A stretch of DNA of 64,000 nucleotides from contig DXJL01000113.1 of NCBI GenBank assembly GCA_019057635.1, forward strand, positions 51,713-115,712. The letters run 5' to 3'. Shown here piece by piece: positions 10,238 through 19,647 of this stretch. The notes below the pieces were generated by a model. The model made no database searches. It saw nothing but the letters and a program-made list of their open reading frames with translations, and had not been told where the DNA came from. A program made the translations under genes and the position numbers. Numbering within the stretch: position 1 is the stretch's first letter; every line of letters starts with the position of its first letter. This DNA comes from Candidatus Heimdallarchaeota archaeon (GTDB lineage Archaea; Asgardarchaeota; Heimdallarchaeia; Hodarchaeales; Hodarchaeaceae).

Positions 10238-11551
10238 TCAATCTTTTTTCGTATACCGTCGTTTTTTATGTTTTGAGTCTTTTCTTGGCCCAGATTTCTT
10301 TGATCCTTTTTGATACAGTTTTCCGCGCTTTCCTCTAGGTTTATAGTCTTTTTTCTTCTGCTTTCTTGTTCTCTGCTTCTCTGAAGGCTCGGGGAAGGAT
10401 TCCTTTATCTCGTCTATTCTTTTCTCAAGATCTTTTAATAACGTTGGAGCAATAAACTCGCCACTGAAAAAGTCAACTCGTGCAGCAATACTCAATTTTC
10501 CCGCTAATGCCCTAGCAATCTTCCCTCTCTGATGCATTTTTGCAGAATGAATGAATTGAGATTGAAAGATGACACCATGTTTCGGAGGATCTTCTCCTGA
10601 TCTTAAATGCCTGAATAATGCTTTTTCTGCACCTAGGACTTGAATTGTTCCTGAAGATTTTTTTGCTAGATTCTCCAAACTCCCTACAAGGGAGATGAGA
10701 CGAGCTCCAAGCAAACTTCCTACAAGTAATTGTAAGTTAGGAGCTACTTCCTTCATGCTTTCTTCAATGTATTTTTCTAAGGTTTCTTTAGTGTTAAGGA
10801 TTTCCACCCCAAAGGATGCCAAATTGGATATCGGATTCATATCATATGTTGAAATTTCAGCACCAAGAGATTTTTCTGCAGCTTCGTGAATTAGTTCTTG
10901 TCTTCGTTCAGATAGTGAAACAATTTCATCGGTTGCTATTTCTGACCGAAGCTTTCCCTGCATTTTTGATACAAGTCTTATGTATTGATTATTATCTCTC
11001 ACCAATTCTTGTAATTCTGGAAAATGAATCCCATACCATTCTGATAAGCGAGCAAAAATCAAGTTTATAATTGAATTAATATCATCAATACTATTAATTG
11101 CTTGAGCAAGATATTTATCCCTAGCTTCTACGTTCTCCCGTAAGAGAGTCTGAGTATGAACAAGAGATTTCTTGCGCATTAAAGAGATAAGATCTGTTGG
11201 ACTTGCTAGATTTAATTTTTCGACAAGATATTCATTTATATTGGTTCTAAATGTGGAAAATTCTCCTGTACTTGCAAAACGAACCTGATCATATCCAATC
11301 TCCCGTAAATGGTCAACTACCATTGCATTATCAGAAACAATTTCTTCTGTTATGTCTGGTAAGGCCTTTCGTATTTCTTCCTCATGCTCGTGAAGAAAAA
11401 CTTGGAACTCATCAGTTAAAATTGTTTCAGTGTTTGTAAACATAACGGAATCAAATATCTTTGTCGATTCAGAAGTCATCTCTCCAAAGATAACCCCTGC
11501 TGCTGATACTAGTACGCCTTTCAATTTTACACACCCGATTATATAATTCAT
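10238..11551 (-). CDS. nop5: Nop5 (Nop56/58) C/D box RNP protein
   Basis: EWYGIHFPEL, IQVLGAEKALF, PPKHGVIFQ, basic tail. Confidence 0.96.
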   Translation of the reverse strand: MNYIIGCVKLKGVLVSAAGVIFGEMTSESTKIFDSVMFTNTETILTDEFQVFLHEHEEEIRKALPDITEEIVSDNAMVVDHLREIGYDQVRFASTGEFSTFRTNINEYLVEKLNLASPTDLISLMRKKSLVHTQTLLRENVEARDKYLAQAINSIDDINSIINLIFARLSEWYGIHFPELQELVRDNNQYIRLVSKMQGKLRSEIATDEIVSLSERRQELIHEAAEKSLGAEISTYDMNPISNLASFGVEILNTKETLEKYIEESMKEVAPNLQLLVGSLLGARLISLVGSLENLAKKSSGTIQVLGAEKALFRHLRSGEDPPKHGVIFQSQFIHSAKMHQRGKIARALAGKLSIAARVDFFSGEFIAPTLLKDLEKRIDEIKESFPEPSEKQRTRKQKKKDYKPRGKRGKLYQKGSKKSGPRKDSKHKKRRYTKKD

Positions 11552-11726
11552 GCAAACCTATTCCCAGATATAATTCTTTCTTTCAAAATCATTAGTTGCT
11601 ATAAATCAATCTGAGGAGGAAGAACGATCTCTACTCTGTTCTAATGTAAACTTTGGTTAGAAGATACTTTTTTTATAATGGGTAAAACCTATATTGAAAT
11701 GCTTAAAGCGAAAACTGGAATAGAAA

Positions 11727-11912
11727 ATGATGCGACAAAAACCCATAAGTATCAAAATTCCTGATCAAATACTCATTCTCATCGATAACTTCGTACGCCT
11801 TGGCCAATATGAATCAAGATCCCATTTTTTGCGTATGGCTATTGAGGAGTTGCTTAAACAGGAAAGGGAAACTTGGGATAAATTAGTGGATCAGATTTCA
11901 CAGAAAGAATAA
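11727..11912 (+). CDS. Ribbon-helix-helix (CopG/Arc/MetJ) protein
   Basis: ISIKIP...G.YESRS..LR.AI. Confidence 0.85.
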   Translation: MMRQKPISIKIPDQILILIDNFVRLGQYESRSHFLRMAIEELLKQERETWDKLVDQISQKE

Positions 11913-11924
11913 CTTGGATGAATT

Positions 11925-12506
11925 ATGTATTCATTTTCTCAGGAGGAAAAGCAGCAACTTCTTTTTGCATGTATTATTTTTGTAATAGTCGAACTCTCAA
12001 TACTTATAAATTTTTTAAACCTTCTAGAGCTATTAATCACTGGCGTTTTAATTCTCCCACTATTCGCATTACACGAATTAGCCCATAAATATACAGCTGT
12101 GAGATATGGATTTCCTGCAAAATTTCATTTAGATCAAAGTATGGCTGTACTTTCACTAATGACGGTATTATTTCCTTTTAAAATAATCGCGCCTGGTGCA
12201 ATTATTTGGTATGGTAATCCTTCTAGCAGAATTAGAGCCAATGTCTCAATAATGGGACCTTTAGTCAATATCTTTTTAGGAGGATTTTTATTAATCACTT
12301 CGACTTTTCTCCCCCCTTTGTGGGGTTTTATCATAGTTTTCATCAGTAAAGCTTCATTTGATATCGCCCTCTTCAATCTTCTACCATTCTCTATCTTAGA
12401 TGGAGCAAAGGTCTATAGATGGAATCAAGAGGTTTATTTCATAATATTTGGTTTTACAGCCTTAATTTGGCTTTTTCATCCTCTAGGCATATTGAGTGGA
12501 ATTTAA
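11925..12506 (+). CDS. M50 (site-2 protease family) membrane metallopeptidase
   Basis: HELAH, GPLVN, FNLLP..LDG. Confidence 0.9.
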   Translation: MYSFSQEEKQQLLFACIIFVIVELSILINFLNLLELLITGVLILPLFALHELAHKYTAVRYGFPAKFHLDQSMAVLSLMTVLFPFKIIAPGAIIWYGNPSSRIRANVSIMGPLVNIFLGGFLLITSTFLPPLWGFIIVFISKASFDIALFNLLPFSILDGAKVYRWNQEVYFIIFGFTALIWLFHPLGILSGI

Positions 12507-12508
12507 CA

Positions 12509-12898
12509 ATGAATTATTTAACTTCAAAAGAAAAACGTTCACTAGGGATAGCAATCGGACTCATTCTATCCTTACTACTCACTTTTCTTTTATATTCGGG
12601 AAATAATGAACCATTATTACTTCTGTCTTGGGGAATAATATCAATTTTATTCTCATTAATTATTGCCTATACGTTTGTTTTTCAATCAACACCCTCCCAT
12701 TCTGAGATAAGGGATTCATTTAGTCCGAGAATAATTCCACCTTCCAAAATAAGGAAAAAAACACAAATTCAGGGGCAATGCAGTCAGTGTGGATCACCTA
12801 CTTTGCTTGGATTTACTTGTTCATATTGTGGAAGATATTTTTGTACAAATCATCGTCTTCCAGAAAAACATGAATGCACTGGGCTATACCACAAATAA
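12509..12898 (+). CDS. Two-TM membrane protein with C-terminal AN1-type zinc finger
   Basis: CSQC...FTCSYCGRYFCTNHRLPEKHEC; ATG at 12509 directly after the M50 stop. Confidence 0.85.
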   Translation: MNYLTSKEKRSLGIAIGLILSLLLTFLLYSGNNEPLLLLSWGIISILFSLIIAYTFVFQSTPSHSEIRDSFSPRIIPPSKIRKKTQIQGQCSQCGSPTLLGFTCSYCGRYFCTNHRLPEKHECTGLYHK

Positions 12899-12906
12899 AA
12901 ACAGAT

Positions 12907-14373
12907 TTAAGAAGAAATCGCATGTACAAATTCTGATATAAGAAGATTGAGTATACCTAAACAAAGAAACAAGAAGTAAAAGGCATTGAACAGATAAAAA
13001 CCTCCAAGGGTACAATACTTGACGAAACCAAGAACAAGAATGAGCATATAAATCAATTCCACAATTGTAAGTCTATCTAAAGGAATATGATTGTGGATTT
13101 TTTGGCGAGACGAATCACCTATTCCTGATACGTTATATTTTGGTGTTCTTACAAATTCTCCTCCTTTCATTACAAACCCTGTGAGCGTTCCCACTGCCAT
13201 TCGTACAACCAAACCTCCTCCCCAAAAGAGGAAAAGAGGGATAAGGATTAAAACCCACCTTGCTCTTTCTGCGCGAATAATTGCTGATGCATAAGCAACA
13301 ATTCCGCAGAATGTAGCAACTGCAAAAAGGAGTCCAAAAATAAAAAAAGGCTCTGTGTCTAACGAGGGGCTAAATATCAACAATGTGCTTGTGATTGTAT
13401 TAATTACTATCATAAAAGGAAAGAGATACTGAGTCAGATGAACTGTACCTTGTATTTTACATACAAATGAACAGTTAGGAGATAGAAACAAAAATGAGAG
13501 AAAATTTTTTCTGATATTTTGTGAAAACCCCTTAGACCATCTACTCTGTTGGATGATCCATGAACGAAGAGTTGGGGGGATTTCTTGATTATTAACTACA
13601 CCAGTTAAATAAACAAGTTCATAACCCTTCATTTGAGCTCTATAGGCAAGATCTAAATCTTCAGCCAAGGTATCTGAGGACCAATCTCCGCTTGCATCTA
13701 TCGCTGCTCGCCTCCAAATACCACCCGTTCCATTAAAGGATATATAGGCACTTAAACTCTTCCGTCCGATTTTTTCAACCCAAAAATGACCATCTAATCC
13801 AATGGACATAGCACGTGTGAATAATGAATAATTTAGATTGGAGTACCCCCACCTAGCCTGTACGGCTCCAATATCATTTCTATCCTTGAAATAATGGATA
13901 CAATTAAGTAAAAAATTCGGATTAATTACAAAATCTGAATCAAATATTGCAACAAATTCAGAATTATCTTTATTCAATCCATTTCTTAAAGCACCTGCTT
14001 TGAATCCATCTCGTGTAGATCTTCGAATGATATTTACATTAAATCCTTTTTCTTTTAAACGCTTGATATTTAATTCAATCAATCTTGAAGTATCATCTGT
14101 GGAATCATCAAGAATTTGAAATTTTAAACGATCTAATGGATAAATAATATTCTCCAAATTTACTAGCGTTTTCTCTATTATTTTTGATTCATTATAAATA
14201 GGTAACTGAATAGTAACAGTAGGAAGCTCCAATTCACTATATTTCTCTTTAGGGATGGGATCCTTCCAATTAACAGACGTAATTGTAAGGAAGAACAAAT
14301 TAACAGGATATGGGATAATGATAAGAGCAGAAATTAAATTTAAACTTAATATTATTAAGAGAATTAAATCCAT
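12907..14373 (-). CDS. GT2 processive glycosyltransferase (CesA/Csl-like)
   Basis: QLPIYNE, DDSTD, GFKAGAL, DSD, AEDLDL, QQSRW; multiple TM segments. Confidence 0.92.
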   Translation of the reverse strand: MDLILLIILSLNLISALIIIPYPVNLFFLTITSVNWKDPIPKEKYSELELPTVTIQLPIYNESKIIEKTLVNLENIIYPLDRLKFQILDDSTDDTSRLIELNIKRLKEKGFNVNIIRRSTRDGFKAGALRNGLNKDNSEFVAIFDSDFVINPNFLLNCIHYFKDRNDIGAVQARWGYSNLNYSLFTRAMSIGLDGHFWVEKIGRKSLSAYISFNGTGGIWRRAAIDASGDWSSDTLAEDLDLAYRAQMKGYELVYLTGVVNNQEIPPTLRSWIIQQSRWSKGFSQNIRKNFLSFLFLSPNCSFVCKIQGTVHLTQYLFPFMIVINTITSTLLIFSPSLDTEPFFIFGLLFAVATFCGIVAYASAIIRAERARWVLILIPLFLFWGGGLVVRMAVGTLTGFVMKGGEFVRTPKYNVSGIGDSSRQKIHNHIPLDRLTIVELIYMLILVLGFVKYCTLGGFYLFNAFYFLFLCLGILNLLISEFVHAISS

Positions 14374-14543
14374 CTTTCAATTATCCTATATGATAAGTTG
14401 ATTGAGAAAAAGAAATATTTAATTTATGCCTATATTTCATATATCAAGTAAATTCCATTCTCATCTTTAGATAAATTGTGCAGAACGAGTAAATAGTAAT
14501 TAAAAAGGCTATTGATCCTCAACTATTCTCCAGGTGCTATGAT

Positions 14544-16055
14544 TTGGTAAATGACTTAATTTCAACTCTTGAAATGTCTATCGCTGATGTAAATGCAGAT
14601 TATCTTGGAGTAAAAAGAATAATTCTGATGGAAAACGCTGGAAGGGGGTTAGCTGAATTTATATGGGACATTTGTAAGGAATCTCATTGTTCATCTATCG
14701 TTATTATTGCAGGTAAAGGCGGGAATGGAGGCGATGGGATGGTTGCAGCACGTCATCTCGCCAATAAAACTAAAGTTTCTCTTTATTTAGTAGGGGCAAA
14801 AGAGGATATCAAGAAACATTCAACCCGAAAAAATTGGGAGATTCTAGAGAATCTACCACATTCTATTAGCGTAAATGAAGTAAGCGATCCTGTAGATTTA
14901 AATAAAATAAATATCAGTAAAAAGACAATAATTGTTGATGCACTATTTGGAACTGGAGTTCGTGGAGAAATTACTGGTCATTATTCCAAAGTTATTTCCT
15001 ATATTAACTCATGCGAAAAGAAAGGGGCTATTATAATATGTGTTGATACCCCCTCAGGAATCGATCCGAATACCGGTCAAAAAGCCAATATTTTCGTCAA
15101 AGGTCATTATACGGTAGTTTTTCATAAACAGAAACAAGGATTAACAGTAGAGAATTCAGGCAAAATCACAGTTATTTCAATAGGAATTCCCCCAGAAGCA
15201 GAATTTATTGTTGGTCCTGGAGATCTATTGGCGCTTTCTAATAAAAATAAATGGGTAAAAAAAGGAGATCAAGGAAAAATACTCGTGATAGGGGGAAATG
15301 AAAAATATTCTGGGGCCCCAGCTCTAGCAGCTATGGGGGCCTTACAAGCAGGTTCAGATTTAGTGACAATTATTGCTCCTAAACACGTTTCACATGCTAT
15401 TCGTTCCTACACTCCAGAGTTTATAGTCGATAGCTATCCATCCTCCCACCTAACATCTGAATCACTACCTTTTCAACAAATGAAAGAAACTGATTCAATA
15501 GTATTAGGGCCCGGATTAGGACGTCATTCTGATACTCAAAAAGCGGTGGAAAAAATTCTTAAATTCACAAAAACACATGATATTCCATTAGTTATAGATG
15601 CAGATGCATTACATCTTATTAACCGATCTCAATTGTACTCAAAGGTTATTCTTACACCTCATGCGGGCGAGTTTGCAGTTCTAACTGGAATTATATTACC
15701 TTCTGGTTTTTCTTCATTTTCAGAGAGACTAAATGCAGTATTAAAAGCAACTAAAGATTCTCCCGCAGTATGGTTAGTTAAGGGCCCATGGGATATCATA
15801 TCTTGTTCTGAGAAGTATAAGATTAATAAATCTGGTGTCCCTGAAATGTCACGTGGGGGTACTGGAGATATTCTAGCAGGTTTAACCGCAGGTTTTGTAA
15901 ACAAAACAAAAAATCTTTTCTACGCAGCCACGATTTCGGCATTTATTAACGGGAAAGCTGGAGAGCTGTCTCGTAGGGATTTTTCCACATCAAATTTGCT
16001 AACAAAAATACCCGAAGCACTGCGATCTAGTTGGAATTTTATCTCTGAAGATTAG
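14544..16055 (+). CDS. nnr: Bifunctional NAD(P)HX epimerase/dehydratase
   Basis: LMENAG, GNGGDG, DTPSG, TPHAGEF, GGTGDILAG. Confidence 0.95.
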   Translation: MVNDLISTLEMSIADVNADYLGVKRIILMENAGRGLAEFIWDICKESHCSSIVIIAGKGGNGGDGMVAARHLANKTKVSLYLVGAKEDIKKHSTRKNWEILENLPHSISVNEVSDPVDLNKINISKKTIIVDALFGTGVRGEITGHYSKVISYINSCEKKGAIIICVDTPSGIDPNTGQKANIFVKGHYTVVFHKQKQGLTVENSGKITVISIGIPPEAEFIVGPGDLLALSNKNKWVKKGDQGKILVIGGNEKYSGAPALAAMGALQAGSDLVTIIAPKHVSHAIRSYTPEFIVDSYPSSHLTSESLPFQQMKETDSIVLGPGLGRHSDTQKAVEKILKFTKTHDIPLVIDADALHLINRSQLYSKVILTPHAGEFAVLTGIILPSGFSSFSERLNAVLKATKDSPAVWLVKGPWDIISCSEKYKINKSGVPEMSRGGTGDILAGLTAGFVNKTKNLFYAATISAFINGKAGELSRRDFSTSNLLTKIPEALRSSWNFISED

Positions 16056-16663
16056 TTCGAGAGCTGCAATCTATCTGCTTCGAAAGCATCAATTTCCTCA
16101 AGAATTCCAAATATTTTATGGATCGATTGGTAAACATATTCTTCCTTTTTTGCACCCGTGCATACCAATTTTCCTGATTGAAAGAGAAGAAGTACTACTT
16201 TTGGTTCTTGCATTCGGTAAATTAGTCCTGGAAATTGCTCTGGTTCATACATGGAATGCTCTAATAAGAGGGCAGCCAATTCAAGATTTATTCTCTTTCC
16301 TAAGGTTCCAGAAGCAACAATATTTTGAACTGTTATTGTGGCTTCATGCTTCACATTGTGACCTGCTTGCCGTAATAATTCAGAAATGACCTCAACAGCT
16401 TCCTGGATCATTTCTACTGATTTGGCACCAGTTACAACAAGTTTTCCAGAGGAAAAAACCAGTATTGAGACTTTTGGTTTTTTGATCTTGACTACGACAC
16501 CTGGAAACTGCTCAGGTATGTAAGAAACTTGCACATCTCCGGGAAGACGGCTTGCGGCTCTTTCAAGCTTAATTTTACAGCGTAAATCTACTGAAGCAAC
16601 TACATTTTGAACTTCAGCAAATATTTCATCTTTAATTGACTCATTTGACATGATAATCACCAT
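16052..16663 (-). CDS. tbp: TATA-box binding protein
   Basis: Two repeats: NVVAS/NIVAS, PEQFPG, SGKLV.TGAK. Confidence 0.97.
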   Translation of the reverse strand: MVIIMSNESIKDEIFAEVQNVVASVDLRCKIKLERAASRLPGDVQVSYIPEQFPGVVVKIKKPKVSILVFSSGKLVVTGAKSVEMIQEAVEVISELLRQAGHNVKHEATITVQNIVASGTLGKRINLELAALLLEHSMYEPEQFPGLIYRMQEPKVVLLLFQSGKLVCTGAKKEEYVYQSIHKIFGILEEIDAFEADRLQLSN

Positions 16664-17132
16664 CGTAACAAAATTAAGAGCGAGTATACAATGTGAAGAA
16701 AAATTAAGGGAAAATCTATTCTTCTAGAATAGATACAGACCCTTCTACTTATTAAAAAACCAAACTTATAAGCATTTATAAGGTTTATAAGCTGAGTTCA
16801 GTTTTTTTCTGAAATGTTTTCGAATGAATGTTTGGTAAACTGACTTTCCTATATTGAAACTAGGATTTTTGTTTTTATATGCGATGAATTATTATTTTAA
16901 ATATTTTCTGTTGGTGAAATTATAGAAGTAATTGGATTTTCTAAAGAACAGCTTATTTATAGAAAAAGACTTAGGAGATCAGTATATCCTTACTCTAGGT
17001 TCAATATTCAGAAATATTTTCTTTCGATTTTTAGCTAAAATATCGAAGAAATTGATTTCTTTTCCAATACTTATTTAAAAGCCTATCCATTATATAAAAC
17101 CCATTCGAGGTTTCAACTGGAGGGCAAGTTGT

Positions 17133-18071
17133 TTGACGCCACCTGAACAAAAATGTCCCGAATGCGGTAGTAACGATATTGTAATGGACATGACAAAAGG
17201 CACTTCAATTTGTGCATCATGTGGACTTGTTATTGATTTACAAATCGATTTAGGCCCAGAGTGGCGAGCTTATAATTCAACTGAACTTCAAGAACGCGCT
17301 CGAGCAGGAGGCCCCATCACTCCACTTAAAGCGGAAATGGGTTTACGAACTCAAATCGGAAATATTAGAAAAGATATTTCGGGAAGGACTCTTCCATTTT
17401 CTTCACAAACTAAGTATAGGCGGCTTTCACGAATTGATAACCGAACAAGAAAATCGGAAATCAGAAATTTACGCTTTGCCTTAAAGGAATTAAAACGAAT
17501 TAAAAGTCAACTTGAACTACCAGAAGATGTGGCCGAAATGGGAGCCATGATATATCGTAAAGCACTGAAAAAAAACCTCATTCGCGGGCGTTCGATTGAT
17601 GGGATGATCGCAGCTAGTTTGTACCTTGCCTGTCGAAAAAAGAAACTCCCCCAAACATTAAAAGATATCGCTTCAGTATCTAATATCTCTTCCAAAGAAT
17701 TAGGCAGATGTATAAGAATTATTCTTCAAAAATTAGATTTGAAAGTTAGTCCAAGCGATTATTCCGCGTTAGTTCATCGTCTTGGAATTAACCTTCGTGT
17801 TACCATGAGAGCTCGTCGACAAGCCGTAAAAATATTAAATATTGCCCGATTACGAGGAGCTACGGTTGGTAAAAATCCAATGAGCCTAGCAGCTGCATCA
17901 CTATATATCGCAACAATACAAACTGGTGAGCGCCGTACACAACAAGAAATCGCTACGGCCGCCAAAATTACTCCTGTCACAATCAGAAATCGATTCAAAG
18001 AATTAGTAAAAATTATTGATGCGGAGTCTTCGAAGGATGGTCATGATCCTCTTCAATCTTTACTTGTTTAG
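17133..18071 (+). CDS. tfb: Transcription initiation factor B
   Basis: CPECG zinc ribbon, GPEWRAY, two cyclin repeats, VTIRNR. Confidence 0.96.
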   Translation: MTPPEQKCPECGSNDIVMDMTKGTSICASCGLVIDLQIDLGPEWRAYNSTELQERARAGGPITPLKAEMGLRTQIGNIRKDISGRTLPFSSQTKYRRLSRIDNRTRKSEIRNLRFALKELKRIKSQLELPEDVAEMGAMIYRKALKKNLIRGRSIDGMIAASLYLACRKKKLPQTLKDIASVSNISSKELGRCIRIILQKLDLKVSPSDYSALVHRLGINLRVTMRARRQAVKILNIARLRGATVGKNPMSLAAASLYIATIQTGERRTQQEIATAAKITPVTIRNRFKELVKIIDAESSKDGHDPLQSLLV

Positions 18072-18093
18072 AAGGATAAATTAGAATACGATT

Positions 18094-18795
18094 TTATGAT
18101 ACATCTTCAACCGAAGATACTATTCCATCCTTAATGTGGAAGATTCTATTTGCCTCTTTGGCAATATTGGAATCGTGAGTGACAAGAATCAAGGTTTGAT
18201 TTTCAGTTTTATTTACTTCTCTCAACAAACTCAATACTGCTTGTCCCGATTCCGTATCCAAATCTCCAGTAGGCTCATCAGCTAATAATATAGTTGGTTT
18301 GTTGGCAAGGGAACGCGCTATTGCGACTCTTTGACGTTCTCCTCCACTTAATTCATCTGGTTTATGATCTTTGCGCCTCAACAGATCCACTTTCTCGAGT
18401 AATTCTGTTGCTCTTTTCACGCGTCTATCCTTTGGTATTCCTGCTATCAACATTGGTAATTCGACGTTTTCTAATGCAGTCAGGACGGGAAGTAAATTAT
18501 AAAATTGAAATATAAATCCTACACTTTTTCGTCTAATTTCTGTAAGTTGTTGTTCGCTTGCTCGAGATATATCGCTTCCTTCAAGTAAAACTTGTCCAGA
18601 GGACGGATTATCTAATGAACCAATAATATTGAGAAGGGTTGTCTTCCCACAGCCGCTAGGACCCATTATAGAAATCATTTCTCCCCTGTTTATTTTCATA
18701 TTAATCCCTCTCAAAGCATCGACCCTCACTTCTCCTAAGATGTAAGATTTCCTTAGATTTCTACATTCAACAACTATATCTTGACCTGATGCCAT
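18094..18795 (-). CDS. ABC ATP-binding protein (LolD/MacB-like)
   Basis: GPSGCGKT, LSGGERQRVAIAR, LADEPTG. Confidence 0.93.
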   Translation of the reverse strand: MASGQDIVVECRNLRKSYILGEVRVDALRGINMKINRGEMISIMGPSGCGKTTLLNIIGSLDNPSSGQVLLEGSDISRASEQQLTEIRRKSVGFIFQFYNLLPVLTALENVELPMLIAGIPKDRRVKRATELLEKVDLLRRKDHKPDELSGGERQRVAIARSLANKPTILLADEPTGDLDTESGQAVLSLLREVNKTENQTLILVTHDSNIAKEANRIFHIKDGIVSSVEDVS

Positions 18796-19043
18796 TTAAA
18801 CCGCCTTCAACTACTTTTTTAATTCAAATAATATTGTACAGTAGATTAATTGGTCAAGGCAGCGATTCAATTACGAGTTATTAACATTTTTATGAAGGAA
18901 AGAAATTTATTATCTCGTTACAACCAAATTCCAACGATCTGACAATTCAAGTCATTATATAATAAGTATTGAAAACTTGTCGTTAGAATAAGGGCTTATC
19001 GGGGTAAAAACTTTATAAAAAAACAAGAGAGACAGTTTTTTTA

Positions 19044-19481
19044 ATGACAAAAATTGAATCGACAGCAGCAAAATTACTAAAAAGGCCAATGGCAAAAACG
19101 ATCATGAAACTACTTGCTGACGATGATCTTTCCATCCCTCAAATAGTAAAAAAAATGCAGAGTTCAGATATTCAAACAATTATTGCGTTTTTTGCTGAAT
19201 TACAGCATTTTGGACTAATCGAACTAACTGATCCATCTTCGAGAAAATCAGCAGAAAATATACAAGAAGAATCTCAGAATTTACTTGATTTTGAAATTTT
19301 AGCTCCAAGAGCGACTCAGTTCCCTCCATTAGGAATTTCTGTATTGGAATATAATATATTATGGGATGATTTTTCAAGAGATAATGGTCAAATCAACCTT
19401 CAACAGCTAGAAAACTTAACTTTTACCGTTCCTAGCAATTTAAAACACCTTTTTAAAACTGAAAGGCCAAGTAATGTTTAG
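19044..19481 (+). CDS. Hypothetical protein with N-terminal winged-helix-like region
   Basis: IMKLL...LSIPQI...L..FGLIE pattern. Confidence 0.55.
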   Translation: MTKIESTAAKLLKRPMAKTIMKLLADDDLSIPQIVKKMQSSDIQTIIAFFAELQHFGLIELTDPSSRKSAENIQEESQNLLDFEILAPRATQFPPLGISVLEYNILWDDFSRDNGQINLQQLENLTFTVPSNLKHLFKTERPSNV

Positions 19482-19647
19482 AAATAATCGAATCTATTCC
19501 CCTGTTAGTATTTCTGATAGCTGAAACTCATCTCTTCATGAAGGAAATTAAGAAAAGTTTTTCACTATTAGTTAATTTAGCTCCTAACGGCATTAAATTT
19601 TTACTCTTTCAATCTTGGGGTTAATCTTGATATATAAAAGGAAATAA

